This document shows positions 24,654 to 34,307 of a stretch of 64,000 bases of DNA, one piece after another. The first letter of the stretch is position 1. Each line of letters starts with the position of its first letter. The translations under genes and the position numbers were made by a program. Source of the stretch: an uncultured Pseudomonas sp. (GTDB lineage: Bacteria; Pseudomonadota; Gammaproteobacteria; Enterobacterales; Alteromonadaceae); assembly GCA_964462025.1 (NCBI GenBank), contig CAYWXF010000001.1:16853-80852 (forward strand). The letters are read 5' to 3'. Under the pieces are notes generated by a model. It ran no database searches, was not told where the DNA came from, and saw nothing but the letters and a program-made list of their open reading frames with translations.

Positions 24654-25548
24654 CGCCAACAGCCGTGGTTTTATCTGAGTCGTTATAGCTGCGCTGCTGA
24701 TAGCTGACGAAATCCGTGGGGATACTGTGATCAAAAGCAGTATCTCCGTCGCTGTTGGCAATACCTTCTGCTTTTACCGCTTTAAAGTCGAACAGCTTAT
24801 TATCGGCCAGGTGTGAAGGAACCACATTCTGCAGTGCCGTAAGCATACTTTCAATACGCCCCGGATACTGTTGCTCCCACTGACCTAACATCTCCTTGAT
24901 CATTTTGCGCTGCAGGTTTTCCTGTGAGCCGCAAAGATTGCAGGGGATAATAGGGTAGCCAGTGTGATCGGCATAGTTGGCAATATCTTTCTCGCGTGCA
25001 TAGGCCAGGGGACGGATCACCACATGCTGGCCATCGTCACTGACCAGCTTGGGCGGCATAGACTTCAGCTTACCGCCGTAAAACATGTTCAGCATCAGGG
25101 TTTCCAGCATGTCATCGCGATGATGGCCAAGTGCTATTTTGGTTGCGCCTAATTCGGTCGCCACCCGGTACAGAATACCGCGGCGTAGCCGTGAACAGAG
25201 CGAGCAGGTGGTTTTCCCTTCAGGTATTTTGTCTTTTACAATGCTGTAGGTATCTTCTTCAATAATACGGTAATCCACGCCCTGGGCGCTGAGGTATTCG
25301 GGCAGTATATGCTCTGGAAAGCCCGGTTGTTTCTGATCGAGATTCACCGCCACCAGTTCAAATCGGACCGGAGCCCGCTGCTGCAACTGCCGCAGGATAT
25401 CAAGCATGGTATAGCTATCCTTGCCGCCCGACAGACAGACCATGATCTTGTCGCCGTCTTCAATCATGCCGAAGTCCTGGATAGCCTGACCTACATGATG
25501 GCGCAGGCGTTTTTGCAGCTTAATAAAAGCAGAATTTTGAACTGTCAT
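24628..25548 (-). CDS. ttcA: tRNA 2-thiocytidine(32) synthetase
   Basis: [23 protein letters not shown] and CNLCGSQ motifs. Confidence 0.97.
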   Translation of the reverse strand: MTVQNSAFIKLQKRLRHHVGQAIQDFGMIEDGDKIMVCLSGGKDSYTMLDILRQLQQRAPVRFELVAVNLDQKQPGFPEHILPEYLSAQGVDYRIIEEDTYSIVKDKIPEGKTTCSLCSRLRRGILYRVATELGATKIALGHHRDDMLETLMLNMFYGGKLKSMPPKLVSDDGQHVVIRPLAYAREKDIANYADHTGYPIIPCNLCGSQENLQRKMIKEMLGQWEQQYPGRIESMLTALQNVVPSHLADNKLFDFKAVKAEGIANSDGDTAFDHSIPTDFVSYQQRSYNDSDKTTAVGVIQVTNLG

Positions 25549-25585
25549 AATGTTATGAATACCGTCTACAGAAAAAACGCGGCGA

Positions 25586-26515
25586 TTATACCTTAACCGG
25601 GGACTGAAATCCCTCTGGTTTTACCGCCAGCAGATCACAGTTCAGGCGCTCAATTACATGCTCGGCTGTATTACCCAGCAGTGCGGCACTGAAGCCGGTA
25701 CGGCCAATAGTTCCCAACACCACCAGTTCGGCATCAAGCTCTTCCGCAAGTTCAGGCACAACCTGCTCTGGCAGCCCCTCGTGAACGTGTTGGTTGTCGG
25801 CCGGGATGGAAAACTTCTCGCCGTGCTCCGCCAGTGCCTGTTGGTGACTATCTTTGAGCGATTCGCGGTAACTGCCGGTATCAAACTCCGGGATCTCTGC
25901 GGCGATGGTAACCGGCGCGCCGGGATAGGCATTAACCAGATGGACGTCACTTCGCAACCAGCCGGCAAACTCTTGTGCCGCTTCGGTGATCCGCTGATTC
26001 AGTGACTGATGATGCTCCTGTTCGCCGGTGGTATGGATGGCAGCAAGAATTTTACCGTGCTCAGGCCAGTCGTGTTCTTTCACCAATAGCACCAGGCAGG
26101 GGGCCTTCCGCAGTAAATGCCAGTCGGTGGGGGTAAAAAACAGATTGGCGATACCTTCGCGTTGGTGCGTCGCTTTGATAATGACATCGTAGTTGCCCTT
26201 GATCGCGGTTTCGATAATGGCTTCAAAAGGGCGGTTATGCCAGATCACTTCGATTTCGATATCAATATCGCGGGTATTGTAGTCTTCCAGTAAATCTTCG
26301 ATCCATACCTTGCGGTCGTTGATCAGACTATCCCGCATGGTATCGCGCTCTTCAGCGGCCAGCATGGTGGTCATCTCATAGGAAAAATCATAAATCGAAA
26401 GTAATAGCGTCAGCTTAGCTCCGCTGAGTCGTGCCAGGTGCAGCGCCCGGTTCAGAGCTTTTTGCTGCTGACTGTCAGCGTCGAGCACAGCCAGAATTTT
26501 ATTCACGCAACCCAT
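25586..26515 (-). CDS. uspE: Universal stress protein E
   Basis: Tandem Usp domains, [14 protein letters not shown] and GNTAEHVI; adjacent to ttcA. Confidence 0.95.
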   Translation of the reverse strand: MGCVNKILAVLDADSQQQKALNRALHLARLSGAKLTLLLSIYDFSYEMTTMLAAEERDTMRDSLINDRKVWIEDLLEDYNTRDIDIEIEVIWHNRPFEAIIETAIKGNYDVIIKATHQREGIANLFFTPTDWHLLRKAPCLVLLVKEHDWPEHGKILAAIHTTGEQEHHQSLNQRITEAAQEFAGWLRSDVHLVNAYPGAPVTIAAEIPEFDTGSYRESLKDSHQQALAEHGEKFSIPADNQHVHEGLPEQVVPELAEELDAELVVLGTIGRTGFSAALLGNTAEHVIERLNCDLLAVKPEGFQSPVKV

Positions 26516-26601
26516 ATCAACCTCGTTAACGACTAGCCTGTTATTCCAGTCTAGCTAATTCCCGGACAAAGTGATAACTATTGCATGTTTGTAAAAAAGC
26601 G

Positions 26602-27267
26602 TCAGGAAAGCAGTGGCAGCTGTCGTATCGCGATCAGCGCCACCCAGATGGCATAAACGATCAGGAGGCAGCCCATCAACTGGCGAAATCCACGGGATTG
26701 GAGAAAACTTTGCAGGGCCCGGCTGAACCAGCCAAAGGCAAACATGGCGGGCAGGGTGCCCAACCCGAATAACGCCATATAAAGCGCACCGTTAACGGCT
26801 GAACCACTCACTGCGGCCCAACTTAACGCGCTGTAGACCAAGCCGCACGGCAGCCAGCCCCAGAGCATACCAGCGACCGCAGTGGCAGGGATGTTGCGGG
26901 TGGCCCGAAACTTGACCGCAAGCGGCTGTATAGCGCGCCATAGCGGCCGGCCAAGGCGTTCGATCCGCTGCAGGCCAAGCCACCAGCCACCAAAATACAG
27001 GCCTAAGCAAAACAGCAGCAACGCTGCCAGCAGGCGCAGGTAAATAAAGCCATCAGGAGTGACCTGGGTGATGCTAGCGGCTGCAGCGCCGATCAAGGCA
27101 CCAGCGATGGTGTAGGAGCTTATCCGGCCAAGGTTATAAATGAGTAGTCGTGGTACGGAAGCTTGCTGGCCCAACGCGCCGGCCAGGCCGCCACACATCA
27201 TCAGGCAATGGCCGGAGCCGGCCAGTCCCATTAGCAGAGCGGCCAGGGCATCAATCGGCATTAGCAT
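26602..27267 (-). CDS. Sulfite exporter TauE/SafE / DsbD_2 family membrane protein (cbb3 biogenesis cluster)
   Basis: GSGHCLMMCGG, YNLGRISSY, GWLPCGLVY and FGLGTLP motifs. Start at MLMPID (27267) preferred over 27318. Confidence 0.88.
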   Translation of the reverse strand: MLMPIDALAALLMGLAGSGHCLMMCGGLAGALGQQASVPRLLIYNLGRISSYTIAGALIGAAAASITQVTPDGFIYLRLLAALLLFCLGLYFGGWWLGLQRIERLGRPLWRAIQPLAVKFRATRNIPATAVAGMLWGWLPCGLVYSALSWAAVSGSAVNGALYMALFGLGTLPAMFAFGWFSRALQSFLQSRGFRQLMGCLLIVYAIWVALIAIRQLPLLS

Positions 27268-27451
27268 CCCGCTTGCGTTGCCCTGGCTTTTTGTCCGGGC
27301 TTTCTTTGGGGTCGTCATCGTCGAGCAGTACGTTCATACCCTGACGCTCAAGATCCTCAAACTGATCGCTACGGACCGCCCAAAAGAACACACCAATAGC
27401 GATGATGACAAACAATACAGCGATAGGGATTAGAATATAAAGACTGTCCAT
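27251..27451 (-). CDS. ccoS: cbb3 oxidase assembly protein CcoS
   Basis: MDSLYILIPIA...FFWAVRSDQFEDLE; start overlaps the ccoI stop. Confidence 0.93.
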   Translation of the reverse strand: MDSLYILIPIAVLFVIIAIGVFFWAVRSDQFEDLERQGMNVLLDDDDPKESPDKKPGQRKRDANAD

Positions 27452-29883
27452 CAGCGGTATAACCTCAGCGAGTTAGCCAGCACAATCAGTGAACTGAGCG
27501 ACATGCCGATAGCCGCTATATAAGGGGTAACAAATCCGGCCATGGCAACGGGAAGAATACCGATATTGTAGACCAATGCCCAGATGATGTTTTGCCGCAG
27601 AATACCATGACTACGAAGTGCGACCTGCCGGAATTCGAGCACGGCGCCAAAGTTATTGCGCATCAGCATGACGTCCGCGGTAACCCGGGCCAAATCGGCA
27701 GCGTGGCCAAAGGTGACCGAAATATCTGCCTGGGCAAGCACGGGGCCGTCATTAATGCCGTCGCCGATCATCATTACCGGATGTTGCTGTTGGGCAGCGC
27801 TGACCACACTGAGTTTGGTATCCGGCAGACTATCGGCATAGACTTTGCTAATGCCCAGCTGTTCAGCCACCGGCTGCGCCAGTTCGGCGCGATCACCGGT
27901 TAGCATAACCACTTCAATACCAGCCTGTTGCAACTGCTCAATACTGGCCCTGGCGTCGCTGCGAATTTGATCGCCAACATGATATTCCGCCAGCAATTCG
28001 TGTTCTGTGGCGACAAAAATCTGGCTTGCCGCAGTCGCTGGCGTAAATTCAGGGTGCCATTGGCGGATAAAGGACAAACTGCCGACCCGAACGTTGATTG
28101 ATTCGTTGTCTTGCGCCCAGATCCCACTCAGGCCCTGACCCGGGTGGTTCACCACAGCACTCAGATTGGCAGCGGTGGTAGTCAGTTGCCGCAGCGGCTG
28201 CGCCAGCGGATGCTCTGAGTGATGCTCAAGGGCTTGCACCAGCGCCCGGATTGTATCCTCGCTAAAGCGGCCGCTGATAATATGTTCTCGCTGTAGTGAG
28301 AATTCACCGGTGGTGAGGGTGCCGGTTTTATCAACGAATACGGTTTTGATGTCCTGAATGATATTCAGCACGTCGGCGTTACGCAAAACCACCCCACGGG
28401 TATTCAGATTATGAATAGCCCCTGTTACAGCCGTAGGTGCGGCTAGCGCTAACGCGCATGGGCAGGTCGCTACCAGTACCGCCAGAGTGACCCAGAAGGC
28501 CTGCTGCGGATCAATAAAGGACCACACCAGGAAGGTTATCGCGGCGACGATAAGCAGCCGGATAACAAAGGTGCTGGCGAGCTTTTCCGCTGCTTGCGCC
28601 AGCCGCGGTTTGCGCGACAGCGCCAGATCTTTGAGCGCTACGATACTGGCCAGCACGGTTTCCTGTTGGGCTGCGGTCACTTCAATCCGCAGCGGCTGCT
28701 GTTGGTTAATGCTGCCGGCTAAAACAGTGGTGCCGGCAGGTTTTTGTACCGGCCGGCTTTCGCCGGTCAGTATAGCTTCATTCAGTGTCGCGCCCTGATC
28801 CAGCAAGATACCGTCGGCGGGCAGGGTGGCGCCGGGTGCGACCCGGATGATCTGACCGGGGCTGAGGTCGCTGACAGGAACAGTTTCGATATCGCCGCGC
28901 GGCGTTTCGCGCTGGGCCAGAGCCGGCACCAGCTTAATTAAGTTAGTCGCGGCACTGATGGCTTTTTGACGAGCGAGCAGCTCAAGATAACGGCCGATCA
29001 GTAGCAAAAAGGTAAACATACTGACGGATTCAAAATAGACTTCGCCGTGGCCAAGAAAGGTGGCATAGGCGCTTGCGCCATAGGCACCGAGCAAGGCTAT
29101 GCTAACCGGCACATCCATATTCGGGCGCTGCGCCTGGATACTGCGCATAGCACTTATATAAAAGGGCTGGGCGCTGTACAGCAGTACCGGGGTCGCCACC
29201 ACCAGGCTAATCCACCACATAAACTGACGTAAGCTGTCGTCCAGATCGCTGACCACACCAAAGTAAAGACCCACCGCAATCATCATCACCTGCATGGTGG
29301 CAAGGCCCGCCAGGCCTAAACGTCTGACATAATAGCGGCGACGGCGTTTGAAATCCTGCTCCTGGGTAGCGGACTCAAATGGCAAGGCCCGGTAGCCAAG
29401 GCCTGCAATGGCCTGCAGAATCTGACTGAGCTTGATCTGCCCGGCATACCAGCTGATATAAACACGTTCGGTAGTGGCATTTACTTTAACGCTGGCAACG
29501 CCTGCCAGCCGCTGAACATGATGCTCGATAAGCCAGGCGCAGGCAGAACAGGTCATCCCCTCTACTGACAGCGTCATTTCACGCTGGCGGCCCTGATCAG
29601 TGGTGCGGGTGAATTGTGCCTGCAGACGTTCGTCGTCATAGGCTTGCAGCTGTTGGAGTTCTTCGGGTAGCAGCGGGATTTGCAGGGGATTGGTGGTATC
29701 CCGGTAAACATAAAAATGCAGCAATTTCTGTTCGTTTATGGTCTGGGCTACGGCCTGACAGCCATAGCAGCAGACCGCGACATCCTGATCGGCCAGCCGC
29801 ACGTTGTAGCCGCCATCACCGGGTAGCGCCTGTAAGCAGTGGAAACAGGTTCCCGCAGGAACCTCAGGAAGCTTGATAGCCAT
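27451..29883 (-). CDS. ccoI: Copper-translocating P1B ATPase CcoI/FixI
   Basis: CFHC/CCYGC N-terminus, HMA CSAC, TGES, CPC, DKTGT and GDGIND. Confidence 0.93.
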   Translation of the reverse strand: MAIKLPEVPAGTCFHCLQALPGDGGYNVRLADQDVAVCCYGCQAVAQTINEQKLLHFYVYRDTTNPLQIPLLPEELQQLQAYDDERLQAQFTRTTDQGRQREMTLSVEGMTCSACAWLIEHHVQRLAGVASVKVNATTERVYISWYAGQIKLSQILQAIAGLGYRALPFESATQEQDFKRRRRYYVRRLGLAGLATMQVMMIAVGLYFGVVSDLDDSLRQFMWWISLVVATPVLLYSAQPFYISAMRSIQAQRPNMDVPVSIALLGAYGASAYATFLGHGEVYFESVSMFTFLLLIGRYLELLARQKAISAATNLIKLVPALAQRETPRGDIETVPVSDLSPGQIIRVAPGATLPADGILLDQGATLNEAILTGESRPVQKPAGTTVLAGSINQQQPLRIEVTAAQQETVLASIVALKDLALSRKPRLAQAAEKLASTFVIRLLIVAAITFLVWSFIDPQQAFWVTLAVLVATCPCALALAAPTAVTGAIHNLNTRGVVLRNADVLNIIQDIKTVFVDKTGTLTTGEFSLQREHIISGRFSEDTIRALVQALEHHSEHPLAQPLRQLTTTAANLSAVVNHPGQGLSGIWAQDNESINVRVGSLSFIRQWHPEFTPATAASQIFVATEHELLAEYHVGDQIRSDARASIEQLQQAGIEVVMLTGDRAELAQPVAEQLGISKVYADSLPDTKLSVVSAAQQQHPVMMIGDGINDGPVLAQADISVTFGHAADLARVTADVMLMRNNFGAVLEFRQVALRSHGILRQNIIWALVYNIGILPVAMAGFVTPYIAAIGMSLSSLIVLANSLRLYR

Positions 29884-29885
29884 TG

Positions 29886-30383
29886 CTACACGCCATAGGT
29901 AAGGGGCCGCAGTATAACTTCTTTCGCTGGTAAACTAATGGTCTGGCTCAGGCGCCAGGCGCGGGTATAGGGAACCACAGTAATAGTGAATTTACCTTGC
30001 TCCGCAGTTTCCGGCAACTTGCCGCGGAACACGCCCTGGGCATCGGCGGTGAGTACCTGACTGAAGTCTTTTTCGGCCTGGGTCGCGTGATAAAAGCTAA
30101 CCGTCAGTGCGGTTAACTGGTCTGGTTGGCCGCTGTTAAAACGGATAGTGAATTCCCGGTTAGTCTGGGTGTAGAGCAATTCGATACCTAATTGCTGCGC
30201 AGCCTGGATCTTTTCCACTTCTGCGTTAATTCCACGCCCCTTTTTATAATAGTTGTCGACTACCATGGGGTTGTCGCCATAGCTATCAGCGATAATCAGG
30301 GTGATGATCATGGCAATGATCACCGAAAACGGCAGTGACATAAGAAACCACGGCCAGAATTGTTTATACCAGGGTTTAGACAT
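29886..30383 (-). CDS. ccoH: FixH/CcoH family protein
   Basis: PWYKQFWPWFL and VVDNYYKKG motifs. Confidence 0.9.
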   Translation of the reverse strand: MSKPWYKQFWPWFLMSLPFSVIIAMIITLIIADSYGDNPMVVDNYYKKGRGINAEVEKIQAAQQLGIELLYTQTNREFTIRFNSGQPDQLTALTVSFYHATQAEKDFSQVLTADAQGVFRGKLPETAEQGKFTITVVPYTRAWRLSQTISLPAKEVILRPLTYGV

Positions 30384-30407
30384 AAAACCGTTACTACCTC
30401 GTCATAG

Positions 30408-30432
30408 AAAAAACCCCGCCGTAGCGGGGTTT
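30408..30432 (-). terminator. Rho-independent terminator after ccoP
   Basis: On the minus strand, AAACCCCGC-TACG-GCGGGGTTT followed by more Ts. Confidence 0.85.
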
Positions 30433-30438
30433 CTCGGG

Positions 30439-31386
30439 TTACTGCGACAGCCCGTAAACATAAGCGCTGATAACGTGTACTTTATCCTCACCCAGAATAT
30501 CCTTCCAGGCCGGCATCACGCCGTTGCGGCCATCGCGCAAGGTTTCTTCTACCGCTGCCTGAGAACCGCCATAGAGCCAGATGTTGTCTGTCAGGTTAGC
30601 TGCACCAAGCTGCTGGTTGCCTTTGCCGTCCATACCATGGCAGGCGGCGCAGACGGCGTAGTTCTGCTGGCCGGCAGAGGCCAGATCAGGATCAACTTTG
30701 CGACCACTAAGACTCAGCACATAAGCGGCCAGTTCAGTAATTTCCTGATCTGAGAATTGCTCGCTCCAGCCGGGCATCTGGGCGACACGGCCATACAACA
30801 GAGAGTGTTTAATCGCTTCCGGGCTTCCGCCCCAAATCCACTCATCGTCCGCCAGATTAGGGAAGCCTTTGCCGCCCATCGCGTTCGAACCATGGCATTG
30901 CGCGCAGTTCTGCAGATACAGTCGCTGACCGATTTTTAATGCTTCAGAATCTTTTGCCAGTTCTTCAATCGGCTGTTGGGCGTAGGCTTCGAATACCGGG
31001 CCGAACGTTTCTTCAGCCTGCTGTACTTCACGATCATACTGAACGATAAGGCCAGCTTCGCGATGTGCTTCAGTCGCCTCGCGCGATTCTTCCAGCGAGC
31101 GAACGTCCTGGTTTGAACTACTCCAGCCTAATAAACCTTTGAAGTTACCCAGGCCAGGGTAGAGGGCCAGGTAGATAAAGCCCCATACGATTGTTATCCA
31201 GAACAGGTAAGTCCACCATTTTGGCATTGGATTATTGAGTTCGACGATGCCGTCGAAGTCATGATCCATCAGCTCGCCTTCTTTAATGCCGGTGTAATTA
31301 TGCATATTCCAGCGAAGCAGCCAGATAATACCGACCAGAAAGGCCAGGGTCAGTAGGATGATCCATGCACTCCAGAAGCTACTCAT
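30439..31386 (-). CDS. ccoP: cbb3 cytochrome c oxidase subunit III
   Basis: HDFDGIVELNNPMPKWW and two heme motifs CAQCH and CAACH. Confidence 0.97.
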   Translation of the reverse strand: MSSFWSAWIILLTLAFLVGIIWLLRWNMHNYTGIKEGELMDHDFDGIVELNNPMPKWWTYLFWITIVWGFIYLALYPGLGNFKGLLGWSSSNQDVRSLEESREATEAHREAGLIVQYDREVQQAEETFGPVFEAYAQQPIEELAKDSEALKIGQRLYLQNCAQCHGSNAMGGKGFPNLADDEWIWGGSPEAIKHSLLYGRVAQMPGWSEQFSDQEITELAAYVLSLSGRKVDPDLASAGQQNYAVCAACHGMDGKGNQQLGAANLTDNIWLYGGSQAAVEETLRDGRNGVMPAWKDILGEDKVHVISAYVYGLSQ

Positions 31387-31570
31387 TATTCTTTGACTCC
31401 TGTTTTGTACTTTCTTTGGTGGTTGAGGTTAGTTCATTCTCATCAAAAATTGACTTGGCTGCATCATCAAAACGCCGCTTGCGACCTTTGCTGTACGCCC
31501 ACCAAACCACACCGATAAAGAGTACGAAAACTAATACAGTGTATAAACTACGCCAGGTGATGTAATCCAT
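31379..31570 (-). CDS. ccoQ: cbb3 cytochrome c oxidase subunit IV
   Basis: MDYITWRSLYT...FIGVVWWAYSK...FDDAA. ATG at 31570; the longer track ORF overlaps ccoO. Confidence 0.92.
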   Translation of the reverse strand: MDYITWRSLYTVLVFVLFIGVVWWAYSKGRKRRFDDAAKSIFDENELTSTTKESTKQESKNNE

Positions 31571-31571
31571 A

Positions 31572-32192
31572 TTAATTACCCTGCTGTTGCAAGCCTGTTC
31601 CGAGCACCTGCAGGTAAGCAATCAGAGCATCAATTTCAGTCTGACCTTTCACGCTGGCACGCGCATTCGCAATGTCTTCGTCAGTGTAAGGAACGCCAAA
31701 TTTACGGAAAGTTTCCATTTTCTTAGCGGTCAGTTCACCGTCCAGGGTGTTTTCCGCAAGCCAGGGGTAAGCCGGCATATTGGATTCAGGTACTACATCG
31801 CGAGGGTTCATCAGGTGCACATAGTGCCACTCATCGCTGTAGCGGCCGCCAACCCGGGCCAGATCAGGACCAGTCCGCTTAGAGCCCCATAAGTGGGGAT
31901 GTTCCCACACGTGCTCACCGGCCAGCGAGTAGTGGCCATAGCGTTCAGTTTCGGCGCGGAACGGGCGAATCATCTGGCTGTGGCAGTTATTACAACCTTC
32001 GCGGATATAAATATCCCGGCCTTCAAGCTCCAGCGCTGTGTATGGCTGTAAGCCAATCACCGGCTCGTTGGTCTGCTTCTGGAACAGTAGCGGGACGATT
32101 TCAACCAGGCCACCAATAGATATGCCTATGGTCAACAGAATTGCCAGCCAGCCAACATTTTTTTCAACAAAATCATGTTTCACATTTTTCAT
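31572..32192 (-). CDS. ccoO: cbb3 cytochrome c oxidase subunit II
   Basis: [20 protein letters not shown] and [10 protein letters not shown]. Confidence 0.97.
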   Translation of the reverse strand: MKNVKHDFVEKNVGWLAILLTIGISIGGLVEIVPLLFQKQTNEPVIGLQPYTALELEGRDIYIREGCNNCHSQMIRPFRAETERYGHYSLAGEHVWEHPHLWGSKRTGPDLARVGGRYSDEWHYVHLMNPRDVVPESNMPAYPWLAENTLDGELTAKKMETFRKFGVPYTDEDIANARASVKGQTEIDALIAYLQVLGTGLQQQGN

Positions 32193-32207
32193 AATGATGC
32201 CGACTCC

Positions 32208-33662
32208 TTATGCTGGCTTCGTTGATGGGTTAGCAGGCGCAACGTCGATACTTTCAACCGTCGGTTTACCGGCACGAATCGTCAGCCATACGTTATATGC
32301 CATCAGCAGCATACCCGCGACAATGAACAGGCCACCGACAAAGCGGATAAACCAGAACGGATAGGATGCTTCAACGCCTTCGATAAAGCTGTAGGTAAGG
32401 GTACCGTCAGCTGAGTTAACCGCGCGCCACATCAGACCCTGCATAACACCGGAAATCCACATTGAAACGATATAGAGTACAACGCCGATGGTGTGCAACC
32501 AGAAATGGGTATTAATCCAGCGGACGCTGAACATTTCAGTCTGGCTCCACAGGCGCGGAATCATATAGTACAGCGAGCCGATGGTGATCATCGCGACCCA
32601 GCCCAACGCACCAGAGTGCACGTGACCAACGGTCCAGTCGGTGTAATGCGACAGCGCGTTAACCGATTTAATCGCCATCATCGGGCCTTCGAAAGTCGAC
32701 ATGCCGTAGAACGACAGTGAGACAATCAGGAAGCGCAGGATAGGGTCGGTTTTCAGTTTATGCCAGGCACCTGACAAGGTCATAATACCGTTGATCATGC
32801 CACCCCAGGACGGCACAAACAGGATAACCGACATCACCATACCCAGCGACTGAGCCCAGTCCGGCAGGGCGGTGTAATGAAGGTGGTGCGGACCAGCCCA
32901 GATATACAGGGAAATCAGGGCCCAGAAGTGAACTACAGAGAGACGGTATGAATAAACCGGACGCTCAGCCTGTTTAGGAACAAAATAGTACATCATACCG
33001 AGGAAGCCGGCGGTCAGCAGGAAGCCTACGGCATTGTGTCCGTACCACCACTGCACCATGGCATCGATGGAGCCCGAGTACAGGCTGTATGACTTGGTGA
33101 AGGAAACCGGGATAACCATACTGTTAACAATATGCAGCACCGCTACGGTTACAATGAAGCCACCATAGAACCAGTTAGCTACATAGATATGTGGGGTCCG
33201 GCGACGCACCAGAGTGCCGAAGAAAACAATAATATAAGCAACCCAGACCAGCGCGATCAGAATATCGATCGGCCATTCCAGTTCCGCATATTCCTTACTC
33301 GAAGTCAGGCCCATGGGTAAGGTAATGACGGCGGCCACTATTACTGCCTGCCAGCCCCAGAATACAAATGCCGCGAGACGGTTAGAAAATAACGCTGTGC
33401 GACAGGTTTTCTGTACGATGTAGAAGGACGTCCCCATAAGGGCCGAGGTACTGAAAGCGAAAATAACCGCATTGGTATGCAGAGGGCGAAGGCGAGAGTA
33501 TGTCAGCCATGAAGTGTCGAAGTTCAGGGCTGGCCAGATCAGCTGAGCAGCGATTAATACGCCCACTGTCATGCCGATGATTCCCCAGATGACGGTCATC
33601 ACGGTGAACTGCCGGACAACCTTTAAGTTATATTCTACTTTGTATGGACTCGTTTGGCTCAT
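32208..33662 (-). CDS. ccoN: cbb3 cytochrome c oxidase subunit I
   Basis: [32 protein letters not shown] and [10 protein letters not shown]. Confidence 0.98.
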   Translation of the reverse strand: MSQTSPYKVEYNLKVVRQFTVMTVIWGIIGMTVGVLIAAQLIWPALNFDTSWLTYSRLRPLHTNAVIFAFSTSALMGTSFYIVQKTCRTALFSNRLAAFVFWGWQAVIVAAVITLPMGLTSSKEYAELEWPIDILIALVWVAYIIVFFGTLVRRRTPHIYVANWFYGGFIVTVAVLHIVNSMVIPVSFTKSYSLYSGSIDAMVQWWYGHNAVGFLLTAGFLGMMYYFVPKQAERPVYSYRLSVVHFWALISLYIWAGPHHLHYTALPDWAQSLGMVMSVILFVPSWGGMINGIMTLSGAWHKLKTDPILRFLIVSLSFYGMSTFEGPMMAIKSVNALSHYTDWTVGHVHSGALGWVAMITIGSLYYMIPRLWSQTEMFSVRWINTHFWLHTIGVVLYIVSMWISGVMQGLMWRAVNSADGTLTYSFIEGVEASYPFWFIRFVGGLFIVAGMLLMAYNVWLTIRAGKPTVESIDVAPANPSTKPA

Positions 33663-33789
33663 CTTGTGTTTCCGCGGCTTATGCTCTGAGTGAGAAACAG
33701 AGTAATATGACTAAAAATTAATGCTGCTCGGTAACTGCAACAAACCGGCGCATTTTACGAGGTATACTCACAAAAATACAGGCAAAAAC

Positions 33790-33803
33790 TTGCTAAATAT
33801 CAA
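33790..33803. promoter_or_regulatory. FNR/Anr-like box upstream of ccoN
   Basis: TTGCT-AAAT-ATCAA, one mismatch to TTGAT-N4-ATCAA. Confidence 0.55.
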
Positions 33804-33869
33804 GTCGTGCTATCGGTTGGGTAAAAAATACTCAAGCCCTTGCAGCGCAGCCCGTTGAGAAACTATTTT

Positions 33870-34307
33870 ATGAACGTATTTAAGAACGTAAAAACACTTT
33901 TTATTATCGGTTTTTTTGTACTCATAGCGGTTAACTGTAGCCCTGATTCAGCGACTCAGCAAACCGGGTCTGTGTATCCTGCTCATGATAACCTCAGGGT
34001 TACACTATTACCAGAATCTCCGCAAGTTGAGCGCCCGCTGACGCTGACGCTGAACTTACCGGCCGGCGTGCGGCCAGAACTCAGCCGGGTAGCCGGGATG
34101 AACATGAACATGGGTCATATGCCGGTGTACTGGCAGCATGTCGATCAGGGCGTCTGGCAGGCGGTCATCATCCTGGGTGCCTGCACTGAACCTGTCATGC
34201 GCTGGCGGGTCACTATCCCCCTTGCCGGTGAACTGGGTGAATTGCCGCCGGTATACACCTTTGAATTTGTTACTGACGCCACCGTTCACGAACCTTCAAT
34301 ACCATAA
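33870..34307 (+). CDS. Hypothetical exported/lipoprotein with Met-rich motif, divergent from ccoN
   Basis: ATG at 33870, basic-plus-hydrophobic N-terminus ending IAVNC, GMNMNMGHMP and LGACTEPVMRW. 3' end overlaps the convergent RND gene. Confidence 0.7.
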   Translation: MNVFKNVKTLFIIGFFVLIAVNCSPDSATQQTGSVYPAHDNLRVTLLPESPQVERPLTLTLNLPAGVRPELSRVAGMNMNMGHMPVYWQHVDQGVWQAVIILGACTEPVMRWRVTIPLAGELGELPPVYTFEFVTDATVHEPSIP

